Below are positions 26,101 to 40,030 of a stretch of 64,000 bases of DNA, one piece after another. The translations under genes were made by a program, and so were the position numbers. The first letter of the stretch is position 1, and each line of letters opens with the position of its first letter. This stretch comes from Mytilus trossulus. Lineage: Eukaryota. The stretch covers positions 100,502,001 to 100,566,000 of the forward strand of contig NC_086374.1 in NCBI RefSeq assembly GCF_036588685.1, in the 5' to 3' direction. The notes below the pieces were generated by a model. The model searched no databases, was not told the origin of the DNA, and saw nothing but the letters and a program-made list of their open reading frames with translations.

Positions 26101-28112
26101 ACTAAAAGGAGGTATGAGGTACACTCCGGTATTCAACAAAAAGACAGACATCTGTATAAAAAGACAAGGCTCTATAGACACGGATACTTTAATAGTGGAA
26201 AGCTATATTAATAACATTCGTAATAAGTATTTTATTTGCATGCATGTGACATGCATTTGTAAGTACATGGTACTATTCAACAAATGTCAAGAAAACATCA
26301 AACAGTGTTATAATACATGTATAAGATTGCACAATGTAATTCTAGTCAAGAAAGACTAAATTACCAAATTTTAAAAATTGCATAGTTAAATCTATTGATA
26401 AAACTTCAAAGCTAAATGAGAAATTTGATAGGTGTCATTTTAGGTAAGTAAAGTGGGACCTTTTGGACCTTTGTTATATATAATTGACTCTTTGACTTAA
26501 TGCACAAATGTTGTTTTTATTGACCCGATTCTTTGCTTTTTAAGTTCGTTTTTAATTATTTGAGATTGGAGAAGATGGTACCAGTTAGATCCTTTGGAAT
26601 CATTTAAACTGCATGAGTGCAAATTACGTCTCTTTACTATTGCTAATAAAAGGTGCATGTTCTTCTTTGTATCATGAAAGGCAAGATTACATTTAGGACT
26701 TTATTAAAACAGGGTTATTGATTTATTAAATTATATAACTTAGGCCATACCATAACCAATGAAAAAATGTTGTTCTGTTCCTGCTTGCAAGTCGGCTTTT
26801 AATAAAATGTGCAGAAATAGAACTCATTCCCCCATAGATCGAATGTATATTAACATTCTAAAATGTGTCTTATTTTGCTCTAAAAAATAATTTAACAATG
26901 ATATATGTAAGAACACTACTCAAGAACACAATAAAAAAACTAGAAAATCTCCATTTATACCTTTTGAAATTCCATATATTAAATTTTGGACGAATCTTCG
27001 ATTTTATTTCAACGAAATCTGATTGATTGGTAACACGCAGTTTATTTTGAAAAACACAAAAAGTTAAAACTCACTTACACACAAAACAATGATAAAAACA
27101 TAAAGGGAAGAAAATATTTCATTTTTAAGTTTCTCTCCCCATTTGAATGACCATACATTCCATCAATGATTTAAATAAAGGTATAATTCAAGATAATTAT
27201 TTCTCGATCCTTTGATCTTTGATTTGTTGATAGTGAAAAAATTAAAAAGCATTTTCAGAACTTAAGTATTGAAAATTAGAGGCCATCAGAAAGAAAGATT
27301 AATAATATTTTTGTACCTTTCGACCTTTGGTAACCATTGTTGTATTTTTTTCGTTCTTTCTAACGCTGCTAGCTCCAGATGTGGAGTTTAGGGGACATTT
27401 ACACTAAAAATTACAGGATTAAAAATAAATAAAAATGAAAAATGACTGGAAATCTTGAACATTTCATTGCCAATTCCCAATTTACCTCTACCGAGACGTA
27501 AGTTATCTGCTTCTTTGTCAGAAAGTGAAAACAATAGTTTAAAATTTAAATTTTGCCATGGGTCGATTGTCTTTTTTTCTTGGTAAAACTATGCAAAACT
27601 ATAGTTGTTAATGTTTGTGTCATTTTGGTCTTTTGTGGATAGTTGTCTCATTGGCAATCATACCACATCTTCTTTTTTATACATATTTTTTTTGTCGAAC
27701 TTTTGAAATATGCTTTATATACGTTCTTCGTTCACTTACAATCAATAAAAGCATCACTTTGGAAATTCATTGCGTCTTTAATGGACAATCAAATACTGCT
27801 GTAAAATAATCGAATTTAGACGTTGATATCTCTTGATTTCTCTTGATTTCTTGAGGCGTATATATATTCTCAAATATCCTACGACTATTTCAAAATTTAA
27901 TTTTAAAACTTTATTTCAATCAAGAGTTTCCTCCCATTGAATGCTTTAAAGTTGAGATAATTTTAAGATATATTAAATTCGTTAAAAATTATCGTATTAA
28001 TTACGTAACACAATCGTTTAAGAGTGAGAAAAAACACCGCAGAAGTATAACTGATGTTTGAACTATCTAAATATATAAATTATTATAATAAATTTTATTT
28101 CTTTGATTTCAG

Positions 28113-28405
28113 GACCAAACTCAAACCAGAGAAGAAGAGGCAGACAAACATATACAAGGTTTCAAACATTAGAACTAGAAAAAGAATTCAAATTCAATAG
28201 ATACCTCACGAGACGGAGACGAATAGAACTTTCTCATATGTTGTGTTTGACTGAAAGACAAATTAAAATTTGGTTTCAAAATAGAAGAATGAAAGAAAAG
28301 AAAGAACTATTAGCAATAAAAGAAATAAATGAACAGAATAAATCTCCAGAAAAAACTGTTATTAAACCGGTATCACCTGTGTCTTCAGGCGATGCATCAA
28401 GCTGA
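28113..28405 (+). CDS. Lox2: Hox gene Lox2, coding exon 2 (homeodomain 28130-28309 plus Ubd-A parapeptide)
   Basis: Acceptor tttctttgatttcAG|GA at 28112/28113. The translation is [93 protein letters not shown] and MKEKKE are Lox2-type residues (Lox4 has EFQFNHY/RKRRIEIAH/MKLKKE). Stop TGA at 28403-28405. Confidence 0.95.
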
Positions 28406-31400
28406 GAGATTATGTGTTCTTAGGTTCCTACCTCCACGGACTGAAGAGCTCATTCCCGAACATCCGGTGTTTCCTACACGAGAAGACTGAAACGAGAACT
28501 TTTACTTAAATTATACGTTTATCAGTAGAAAAATTAGAATTATTATTTCACATTATAGGATGACGGATACGGGAGCCCGACATTTGGTACTGCCCTAATA
28601 AACGAGAATGGTCTACCTATTAACGAGAATTTACGTGAATACGAAAGCGTTTCCAAGTGGCCTGCCATTTAAAATGGCGGATGCAAGTAGAGTGGAGATA
28701 TCATTTATTTTTACAAACCTTTTCATTTATCATCGCTATCGTCGCAAATGTTCATCGTCATAAATGTTTATAGTGCTATTATGTGTATATTTTTATGTAT
28801 GTACATTAACTTGTTGAAATTATATATAAAAAGATACTGCTCAAAATAATGTACTTCACATGTGAAAATTTCATGTTTTGCTTTGTATAAATCCGAATTC
28901 AAAGTTAACCATAATTTGATACTACTGAATTTTCTTGCCGTAAATAATAGTGCAATATAGGAGAAAAATACATTTACATGTTCTGTAATAGTAAAATTGC
29001 TTTTCGAACAAAAATCCGAATGTTGGAAGGAAAATTCAGATAATTCAGATCTGCAGTTGTTAGGGGAAAAAAATCTGCGATGGGGTTTACAATACTGTTC
29101 CTTTTCTACGGCTTTGATATATTTATTTTCATTTCATAAATTGCACCATTTAAATTCAAAATGCAAAGGACTCAAAATTTGTTTCCATAAAAGAAGAGTA
29201 AAGAGGGAATGTTGCCCATGATTTAGTTGTTCGATGTAGCTTAACTAGGATATAGTACTTAATTCGTTTTAAACATTTTTACTGTCAATTCTGTAAACCT
29301 GTCTGCAATATACTAATATCAAGAAGGAGCGAGTTTTTTTTTATTTTGCAATTTGGTTGGGTTTTTTTCCGGTTAGAATGTTCTAGGAGCTCGGTATTTT
29401 AATTTACCTTTTTCATACGTAATACAATGTAAATAAAATACACGTTTAAACAGTTAATTCCAGGAAATCTACTGAAATACATGTACAAGAAGCTTATTTT
29501 ATAAATAAATAATATTTTTAATGTTAAAACTTAAAATACACGATATAATGGATGATAGATTATCCTGTAACAATTGACCGCAGGTAGCCAATAAAATAGT
29601 GGACTAAATTAAACACTAATGTAAGAGATAAAAACTATATTTTTGTGTGGTCCTCACAATATCCATCTATGTTTTGTTTTATAACTAAATTATGACAAAT
29701 TTTATTCAATAATATTAACAATTTATAATTATGAACGATTCTACTTTAACTCCATCGATACATATCTATACTTGTGAATTTTTCTATAGAGTGTAATATT
29801 ACAATTAACAATTTTTCTTGTTAATTGTAATATTTTAAAAGAGAAATGATGAGCTGTAAATGATTAACTTTAGAAACTGAAAATGATATTTTTAGCGGTA
29901 ACGTATGCATATAGCTTAATCTTGCAGTTAGGTTTTCAGAGGTTACATAGCAACATATACAAAAATATGTAGATACAATAGTTATATAGAAGCTTTGTAG
30001 TTTATTTAATTTGTCACACCAGTCATGATGACTGAATTTTTCCTCAGGTTTTAATTTTGCGTTTTTACATTTGATTTTATATATATGTGTATTTTTTCAT
30101 CATTCTTAGGTGCTACAACGTAGATTGAAACTGCCTTTCAACATCTTTATTTCATTTTGCTCTGATGTCGTTTGTTTATAGGAATTCAAACCCGACCGGT
30201 CACATATTCAGTTAGAAAAAAATACGTCATCATTTTTATTTCTAAAAGTGGAAACCTTTTCATTTTCCCCCCGCATTTCCATTATTTCTAAATTATTAAA
30301 ACTTATAAAATTCACAACCCTAAACACAACCAATAAGTCAACTTCATTTCATATATTAATCTTTAAAAGTAAAGATATACACGATGATATCTGAATATAA
30401 ACTATCACACAACTAACATATTCTTTAGTTGATTACATATTCTTTTTTAGTAAGCCAATCAATACCATTACATTTTATGTTAAAAGAATTGAGCTGAATT
30501 CGTCGTAACGCGTTAAATCTATTATCTGGAATCAAATTCCCACTATTTAAATGTTTAATTTTGTTGATCACTCATTTTTGTATCTTAAAAATTTCAAAAT
30601 AATGCAACTCTTTTCAAACAATTCCCTAGAAACGAGATGATATTTTATATTTACCTTTATAAGATAGGCAGAGATCCCTTAATTTTAACCTATATGTATT
30701 TATAATTTCATAACGAGAATAATTAGAATTAGCAAAGAAACAAATTCCAAGTTTTGATTATGTTTTATCCTTGTAATAATTAACTGTATTTATGTTTCTC
30801 GATGGTATACATGTAGTTAGTTGTCAAATCATCAAGAGTGTGAAGAGCATTTGGGCATCCAACTTTTTAGAGCATTCGAGAAAAATATTTTAAGTATTCG
30901 AGCACACGATTTGTTTTAAGTATTCAAGCACCTGGGCTGTACAACATTTCATTAACCGAATTTTTACGACATGAAAAGAAATATGATGTACGTTGTCACT
31001 TTGCAATCAATCAATTAGTAAAATGACAAAAAGGTTAGAAAAAAGTAAGAACAAAAAGTTCCTAGTTGGAACAATTTTTAAGCCTATTTAAAGTTTCAAA
31101 TACTAAATATCAACATAAATTTTGATATTTAATGTTTGAAATTTCAGTTTTGATTGAACGCAGAGTTTACTAATTGTAATTAGTATAATACATATTTTAA
31201 CAAATTTTGCTACGTCAGATGTTTTCATATATTATAAAATGCATTCTGTTATTACAGTTTCTCATATGCTCTTTATGCTTAGTGTATTTACATTTGTGTA
31301 TTTCTCAACACTTTACAATAGTTGCTATCTACATATTTAGAAGCTAGTCAGAGCCTAGGTTGTTATGTAAAACTGTATAATTAAAGCTATTTATAGAAAA

Positions 31401-32040
31401 TAATTTCAGCAAGCAGACATCTCTGTTGAAAATAATGATCGAGAGGAACTTATTTAAAATTTTTTGGGAATTTGGGATTAACAAGAAAACTTTAAAAAAT
31501 TAAAAAAAAAATTCTTTGATGTAGTGCAAAACACTAATTCTACTTTCAAATCATTTAACATATAATTTTCCAGTACTATTACGAAATGAGTTTCGTGAAA
31601 AGGCTTTACCGTAACATTGGCTAAATAACCGTAACACAATTCTCATTTTTTGGGTTTAAAAGCAAAACATTTACAGATGCACTAATTTTCATCCGATATT
31701 CTATTTTGACAAACATTGGAAAATGTTAATTCAAAAGAAAGTGTACAGTTGTTCCCTAAGAAACAACAAAATATGATTTTCTTATGGCTATGTATGCTAT
31801 GACTTGTTCCTTATATATCAATAGACATATTGTATGTTTATTTTCATTTCGCATTATCTTATATATATATGTATATGTCATATTTGTTTTTCTTGAGAAA
31901 ATACCTTTTTATTAAACGATGGGGTAAATGAACATCATGTTCTACAATTGTATATTTATGTATCACTGTAAGTTAGTCTTTTTTTGAAAACCATAACGAG
32001 AAACGCAATAAATGACTATTGTTGATTTTTTATATAAAAT
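28406..32040 (+). other. Lox2: Putative long Lox2 3'UTR (AATAAA at ~29432, ~29507, ~29590, ~32007)
   Basis: No recognisable interspersed repeats until ~32090. The last AATAAA is followed by a GT/T-rich tract, and the AACGAGAA motif recurs up to 32002. The actual 3' end is unknown. Confidence 0.5.
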
Positions 32041-32120
32041 ATATGTGTTTATTCATTTTTGTCAATTTAAAGAACGTGTTGGTCCAAGAAGCTATCAAAG
32101 GTACCAGGCTTTATTCTAAT

Positions 32121-32162
32121 ACACCAGACTCGTTTCGTCTTCACAAGACTCATTAGTGACGC
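32121..32162 (-). ncRNA. Hammerhead ribozyme copy, degenerate (CUAAUGA; loop III shortened)
   Basis: Minus strand: GCGUCA-CUAAUGA-GUCU(uguga)AGAC-GAAAC-GA-GUC-UGGUGU. Confidence 0.75.
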
Positions 32163-33949
32163 TCAGAGCAGTTAAAAAGCCAAAAACAAGTACAACGTTG
32201 TAGCGCTGTTTTTTTCATTGTGATTGAAATTCATATCCCATGTCCAAGCTTTGTTTAAAGAACTCTTAAATCGTATCTGTTTTAAGACATTTTTGGATCC
32301 TCTTTTTGTGTCTGATTAACACACACCGCCACAAATTTGAAAGCTCAAATGTCATTGGCTGATGCCGTAAATGACAAGAACATAAAGTAAAACGGAGCCT
32401 TGTTAGATCTCGAACACTGTATTTTAATCAGATTGACACAGCAGTCAAAACAATAAAAAAACAACATTTGAGACGACTAGTTTCCAACTAAAGTACAAGT
32501 TCAAGACCTCATCACACAAAAGTAATAAGAAAAACGGATTGAAACTCCGTTTTTAAACAAATTAGACATTATACATATAATTTTAAATATACTTGTTACT
32601 TAGAATATTAGGGCTAAAATACTATGATATAGAACGAAATGTTTGTATAAACATGCATAGACAACTTAGAGATAATGCAAACGAATATAATACTTGCTCT
32701 TGTTATCACGATTAGTGAATTTATAGAACAGAGAACGCGAGAGAAAAAAAAAGTAAGTCGTATTTTTAGACATATAAATAAAGGTAACAGTAGTATACCG
32801 ATGTTCAAAACTCATAAATCAAAAGAAATAAAAACAAATCTGGGTCACAAACCAAAACCGAGTAAAACACATTAAACATAAGAGGAGAATGACGACACAA
32901 CATCAAAATGTATCACACACAAAAAACAGACTAAGCATTAGACAAAATCCGATGAGAATAACAACTATAACATCAAAACAAAATACATGAATTTGTGAGA
33001 AAGTGTTGGGTACTGTACACGAGACACAACGTACATTCTATTATAGGGCCTCATGGCATTTTATTTACTGGGTTTTCTACAAAGCTTTAATATTATTTTA
33101 ACTACAAAGCAAACATGCTCAAGATGCAGTCAAGTCAGATACAAAATAGAGTATTAATCCAATTAATCCCACAATCTTGAAAAGTGAAAAAATAAATAAA
33201 AACATATGAACAACGAAAATGATAAAATAGGTATTACTTAACTCATCATAGATACCTAGGTTGACAAATTTTGTATGGATATCAGTTAGGTACACGTTTA
33301 TAACTCCCTGAGGCAAAATTGGCTTTAGAGGGTCTTAACAGTATTTATTAACACTTTTTGATTTGATTCTCGAGTCTTACTGTGAATTTTGTTTCCATAG
33401 TTTTTGGTCTGGAGTGTATGCAATTGAAAGTCTTTTAACAGCACGTGTCGAACATACTGGAATGATATCATATATGCCATAAATCAGATGACCAACAACG
33501 ATTATTTAATTAGAGGTAACAGTAGTCGTCCACCTACATTCATCATAAAGAAGATACAAATCACGGTAAAATCCGAGGGAATCGCATCAAATATAACAGG
33601 AATAACATCTATAGGGAAAGCCTTTTTTTCTGTTATGCATAATACTCTTTTTTTTATTATCAAGTAAAAGGATATATATGGTAACTAATAACAAATTAAA
33701 AGGATAATAACAGTTGCAAAAAATACGAGACGACAAAGCAATTAATACATACCAATAAGTATTGGACCTACAAAGAAACAAACAAATCAAGAACGGAATC
33801 CATATGATAAGAATAACCTCTTTCAGATAAAAATATATAGTTCGATAACTTACGAATCTCGTACGAAGACGGTATAGATAATGATTTTTCATTCGTATTT
33901 TTTTGCAGTCTCTCCACCATCATACCCATGAACTTTACAAAATATAGAA

Positions 33950-35130
33950 AAGATAACAGTAGTATACCGCTGTTTAAAAGTCACAAATCGATTTAGAGAA
34001 AACAAATCCGGGTTATAAACTAATATCGAGGGAAACACATCAATTATAGGAGGAAAAATAAAGGCAACAGTAGTATACCGCTGTTCAATCTCATAAATCC
34101 ATGGACAAAAAACAAAATCGGGGTAACAAACTAAAACCGAGGGAAACGCATTAAACATAAGAGGAGAACAATGACACAACACTGAAATGTAACACGCACA
34201 GAAAAGGACCAAACATCAGACAAAATCCCACGAGAATAACAAATATAACATCAAAACCAAATACATGAATTTGGGATAGACAAGTACCGTGACACGTCTT
34301 ATCGCAATGTGAATTTACACTCAAAAATAAGAGAAAACAAACGACGCAACGTTAAAATGTAACACACACAGAAACGAACAATAATATAACAATGGCCATA
34401 TTCCTGACTTGGTACAGGACATTTTTAAAGGAAAAAATGATAGGGTTGAACCTGGTTTTGTGGCATGCCAAACCTCGCACTTTAATGGCAATGTTAAATA
34501 TAACATTGAAATGACAACATAATATAACAGGACTACAATACAAATAAATAGGAGAACATATTAGACTAAGAAACACATGATTAATAGATAACAAAAAGCA
34601 TCAGGTTTAAAATGCAATACGCCAAAAACGCGCCTCGTCCACACAAGACTAGACGACACAAGACGCCCAGATAAAAATGATCGAAAGTGAAAAAAGTTCA
34701 CAATTGTACAGCACTGAAGATCAAAAGTTGAAAAAGGTTGTGTCAAAAACGGCTATGTTTTTATGCTTGGGATAAGAACAGCCTTATTATTTAGAACAAT
34801 TAATGCTATTGCAAACAGTAAATTTTATCAAATGAATATAAAACAGATATACATAAAGAAACTGAAGTATTAACTAATTTCAGAAAACTAAAACGAAAAC
34901 ATAATGCTAAGACCAACACAGAATAGACACACCCGACACAGTCCAGGCTTCAACGCAATAAATCATAAACATGACGTCACATACGATGGCGGAAAGGCAC
35001 AACAAATACGTCAAATTTGAATTTATGAAATTTCTGAAACAGCATAAAAATGACGTCACAGATGAAAAACTATGATTTAAAAGTAAGATGGAATTAGGAT
35101 AGATTTAAGATTATATTAGAACTAAATAAT
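33950..35130 (-). mobile_element. Composite dispersed repeat (family 4) with duplicated terminus; related copies 32780-33000 and 45235-45398 (opposite orientation)
   Basis: The terminus aaaggcaacagtagtataccgctgttc...aaatcgggg..acaaactaaaaccgagggaaac recurs. The element contains a twister-like fold and a decayed hammerhead. Confidence 0.75.
34390..34493 (-). ncRNA. Twister-like fold, family 4
   Basis: Minus strand: GCCAU(P5)..GUGC-GA-GGU-UUGGCAUGCCA-CAAAACCAGGUU-CAA-CCCU..AUUUUU..AAAAAU-GU-CCUG-U-ACC-AA-GU-CAGG-AAU-AUGGC(P5). P2 and T2 are imperfect. Confidence 0.5.
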
Positions 35131-36105
35131 GATATTACATTTAAACACAATGCATATTGCAATACGTATTAATAACAAAGAAACAACAGAAATACTAAAG
35201 TGCAACAAACACAAAAAACAATGCAACATTCTTAAACACGGACTATTCGATAACAACTACCATATTCTTGACTTGGTATGAACAAACGATTACTTTTTAT
35301 TGCATTCACTGCACAAAGTAAATCACAAAAAATACCGAACTCATCAAACAAATGGAAAATAACTGTCATATACCTGACTTAGTACATGCATTTTCTAATG
35401 TAGAAACAATGGAATAAACTTTGTTTTAAAGATAGCTAAACATCTTACTTGCAAGATAATTTTAAGTAACAGTTGTTCTTAAATATTGTAGGATTGGTGC
35501 TCGGTCAGAACAGGTTCATTTACAACATAACTTACTTATCTCGTCAAAAGTCCATAATTGATAAATATATGAAGGGTTTTATTTATTATTTATAACACTG
35601 TGTCAACAGCACTGCTAGTGGAGTATCTTAACACGCGGGTATCATCAGTCAGTTCCTACGTATTGCAATTATTTATTTTTTAAGTTGCATAGATCTGTTT
35701 CGGTACGCATACATTATTTTTTTCATACATTGAATGGCATTGACTTTTCTGACGATGTAAATTCCACATTTGGACTTACGTATTAAAATTTATTTCTTTT
35801 TTGTCAGAAGGCTTGCACTTGATTTTGATTTTAATAAAACTGCCAGGTTAAATCTATACTAGTACATTGGTCATCTTGATTGAGTGTCTTCGAATTTTAC
35901 AGATATTTACAATCGTTTGATGGTAGGTATTCATTTGAATGGGGAGAAACTGCACACTTTTTAATACTCAGAAAGAAAACCTTTTATGTACTTTGAAATA
36001 ATATTTCGGTATAACCTATATACAACATTTATTCCAAAACAAATAATTACAAAGTTGTTTTATAGCAAGAATATGACTATCAAATTAACAGGCTTATAAT
36101 ATCAT

Positions 36106-36149
36106 ACACACAACGCGCGTTTCGTCTACATACGACTCATCAGTGACGC
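36106..36149 (-). ncRNA. Hammerhead ribozyme copy, core intact but stem I 3' strand damaged
   Basis: Minus strand: GCGUCA-CUGAUGA-GUC(guaugua)GAC-GAAAC-GCGC-GUU-GUGUGU. Confidence 0.72.
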
Positions 36150-38042
36150 TAATATCAAATTAGTTAAGAAAGCCAAACAAGTATGATGTTAAACAGCATC
36201 ATATACCCAATATTTAAAAAAGTGTGTTATTGACACGTTTAATGGTATCGACTGTTTGGTATTTGTTAACAAAAAAACGACATCAATATTGAAGAAACAT
36301 CTACAGTAAGGATAAAGTAAAAACACAAAAAAACTGAACTCCGAGGAAAAGTACGAATGGATAACAACTGTCATATTCTTGACTTGGTACAGGCATTTTC
36401 TAATGTAGAAAATGGTGGATTGAACCTGGTTTCGATATTACCTAAAAACAAATGATTTATAAATTAATAATAAAAGAACATAAATATATGAACGTTCACA
36501 AAAAGTTACTAACTACAGCAAAACGAAATCTTGAACATATAGATATAAATTTCTATTTTAAAAAAAATCGTTTTTTCTCTTGCCTGTCTGATTCAATGCT
36601 CTTCAACGTCATAATTTATTTAGCCTTGATTTTTTTTTCGAGCTTCACGGATGAGTCTTTTGTAGACAAAACACGCGTTAGACATTCGAAATTTTAAGTC
36701 GTGTATCTTTGATAGGTGAACTCACCGATACAGTATGTTACATTCAGCAAGGAAGGCACACAATTGCCCTTACCTATATAAACATTATTTAAACGTATCA
36801 TCATGTAGCATTGCCAGTTGTTTGAAATTGATGACATTTTGTATCTGGCGAACAGCGATAATATGTAAAGGCTATGTTATTTCGAACTTACACCGCATCC
36901 TCCCATAGACTAACTAAGTTTTTAATCCTGCTCTCAGATTTTCTACCCCCATGCATAGATGGACGTAGCAAAAGTAAAATAACAAAATAACAAACACCAA
37001 GAAAATTCAAATATGAAAGCCACTTATTAAATGTCAAAATATAGAGCTCAATCACATCAACCGAATGGAAAATATCTGTCATATTTCTGTCTTGGAACAT
37101 ATATTTTCTTATGATGAAAACAGTTGATTAGACCTGTATTTATAGCTAGCTTAACGTCTCACTTGTATTGGTGTCGCATTGAATTCCTTTATACTGTCAA
37201 GAATGTGTGAGCAAAATAATCCAGACAGAATAGTTAAAAATGTTAAATATAGGGCAATATTGTGTTATAATTTTAAACACCGTAAAACAACCCTATGTCA
37301 GAAAAGAAAAAAAACAAAAGTTCAAATAGATAAAACATATGAGCAAAAATGAATCAGAAGAAAACAAAAAACTACCACAACGCAACTTATTGGTGGAATG
37401 AATAAGTACCGATCATCGCCTAAATGATGTTACCAAAAATGGACAAACAATAAGCAAGACAGACACTTTTTTATACACTTACTTTGCAGTGTTACTCATC
37501 TACTGATTTAAACATTTCTAAGAAGTATTACGTAGATGGAACGAACCTTTTTACGTGCTAAATAATACGACTGGTGTTTGGACGATTTTTGGTACGGAGG
37601 ACGTTAAAACGTCAAACATATATTGGAAATATCTAGTGGCAATTAGATGAGTCTTGGCTTTTATAATGATAAATGGGAGTACATATATAACTTTATCATT
37701 TGAATCAGGAATTTACTCTTATAACTGGAACTCTTTGAGAGGACATTTCAATGTCACTTGGTCAAAGCATCATCGATGAATTCAATTTAAATATGGTTTT
37801 TGGAGAAGATATCTTAAACCATTAACCTTACTTTTGATGGAAGAGACAATCAGTATTGACATAATCTACGGAAATTTAGGATATTAAAAAACTTTTCCGG
37901 GTTTGTTTTCACTCATATCTTATAATATGGTTAGTTTTCTCGTTTTCTTGTTTGAATATTTTTACATTGTCATATCGGTGTCTTTTATAGCAAACTCTGC
38001 GGTATGGGCTTTTCTCATTGTTGAAGGCCATACGGCGACCTA

Positions 38043-38577
38043 CATCTTCGTTAGCCAACAGTTACGATCCACTCCCGTTCTCTTCACCTTTGGCGGATTG
38101 AAATAAAAAATTCGGAGACACAATATAAGGATTTTTATTGGTTGCAGTAGAAACTCGCTGCACCAAATCAAAAAGCGTTTATAACATTATCACGTGTAGA
38201 TGTAGAAAGTGTTTGTAAACAATTGCCACGTGTGTATTGTGCAACAAGTCTTTACATCACTAAACATACGACTTTATTAAGTGAAAACTTGAATGTTTTA
38301 ATCTAATAATAGAAGTTCCTGTGTATGTTTCATACACAAATGCATGAATGTTGACGTATATTTTCGTTTCAGGCTTTACCAAGTGTGTAGAATCAAGACG
38401 CTAACCTCCAAATTGAAGAGTTCAAGTGCTTCCATTGGTCAAGAATAATGTATTTTCGGAAAGGGCGTGACTTTAATCCTCCGATAGATGGCGCAACATT
38501 GATATCACAAATGTTAGCTCAATCTGCCAAGGGTGAAGAGAACGGGAGTGGATCGTAACCCTTGGCTAGCGAAGATG
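38043..38577. mobile_element. Non-autonomous DNA transposon (MITE), ~58-bp TIRs, degenerate 9-bp TSD
   Basis: TIR catcttcgttagccaacagttacgatccactcccgttctcttcacctttggcggattg with its near-perfect inverse ending at 38577. Flanks are ggcgaccta / gttgaccta (host consensus ggtgaccta). A 9-bp TSD suggests Mutator or Merlin class. Confidence 0.85.
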
Positions 38578-40030
38578 GTTGACCTATAGTTGTTTAAAAT
38601 GTCTATGTCATGTTGGTCTCTTTTGGAAAGTTGTCTCATTTGCAATCATACCACATTTTCTGTTTTATATTTACATCATTTATTATTTGTTTGATACCAC
38701 TGTTCGTGAAATTCGGTGGTATAGGTGTTCAACGAATTTCAGTGTTCAAGGGAGTACAAGTTTGAGATATACTGGTGAACCACGAAATTACATACTGTAA
38801 ATTCAGAAAATTTTAATTTTTACAATTTTGAGAAAATCTTGTTTAATTCATATAAAATATTTCAGAATGCGAATGTACAAATCTGTCGCATTTTTCGCAG
38901 TAATAAAAACCTCGCATTAATTTCTGAATTTGCCACGAAAGTACAACTTTTCTTCAATCCACTCAATTTTGAAACGCAGAAATGAATGAATCCACAGTAT
39001 ATTTAATAAGGTAGTTGGCTAAGTCCTACCTTACATGACTAGGTTCGGGGTTGAGGTTACCAGATATAAAGTATTGTGATACAGCTTTAATATACGTCCC
39101 GAATCAAACTAAGTGCTCATAATCATAATCAGTAAGTTGCCAAAAATGTTTGTTTTTACCAAAACGATTAAAGCAATATTCATATGATTGTGCAAACTTT
39201 ATACATATTTGAAAGGTCCGAACTACGTCTGGTACCTTTGTAATTGTTCGTTTCTAATACGATGGATTGCTTTGGAAGTGTATACCTCTTGTCCGTTAGT
39301 GCAATCCAACGATTCATTAATAAAAGTCATATCGCACAGTTTAATATTTTTTCGAACACACAATTATCGAGAAAATATATTAAAAAAATATGGATCAAAG
39401 ATCTGAAAAATGCAAGGTGTTCGGGATGGGTTAACTATAAGACTTAAAAATTAAAGTCTCAATACAGGCGGATTTTCAAAGTATTGATATTAAACCGTCT
39501 TGTGCTTTTAAAGAATTGAATTAAAACTTGACCATAAATAACAGACAATTGGCAAGAAATAACTCCCAAAGTGTTGTTTATTAATAGGCTATAAAGGAAG
39601 AAAGGCAATTACAAACAAATGATCAAGCAAGACATTAACAATAAGAGCATGATGACAACAGTTTGTAAATTTGATATGTAAAAAAATGCTTTTTGGCAAA
39701 CAACAAGTAAACTGTACAGAAGAATGCAATATTGTTTCCACTTGTTGTTTCGCGATACATTTGTTTTAAGCTCAATAGATAGCGTTGCTCATTATGAAGA
39801 ACATAAACAATATTATTGATGTATTGTTCCAGATTTAGTTTGTATTCATTCCTGTTGACCTATTTTGTTAGATTTTTGTAAATTTGACAATTGAAAAATA
39901 GTTTTTCACGATGTGAAAATGAAAACATCTTCCAAAGTTCTTTAGTTTCACAAGCAGATATAAGATAATTCAATAAACCACATACCTGTGAGTGCTTGCA
40001 TGTCAAATATTCCAGTCAATTTGAGATTAA

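Larger units (their letters stand above)
1103..28112 (+). other. Lox2: Lox2 intron (27,010 bp, phase 1, GT-AG) between hexapeptide and homeodomain
   Basis: Canonical donor GTTAGT and a pyrimidine-rich acceptor. This is the conserved Hox intron position and the reading frame is preserved. Confidence 0.9.

Noticed and set aside
28103-28112. 'MIS' N-terminus of the 100-aa homeobox ORF
   Set aside because: This is intronic acceptor sequence (TTG start). The exon begins at 28113.
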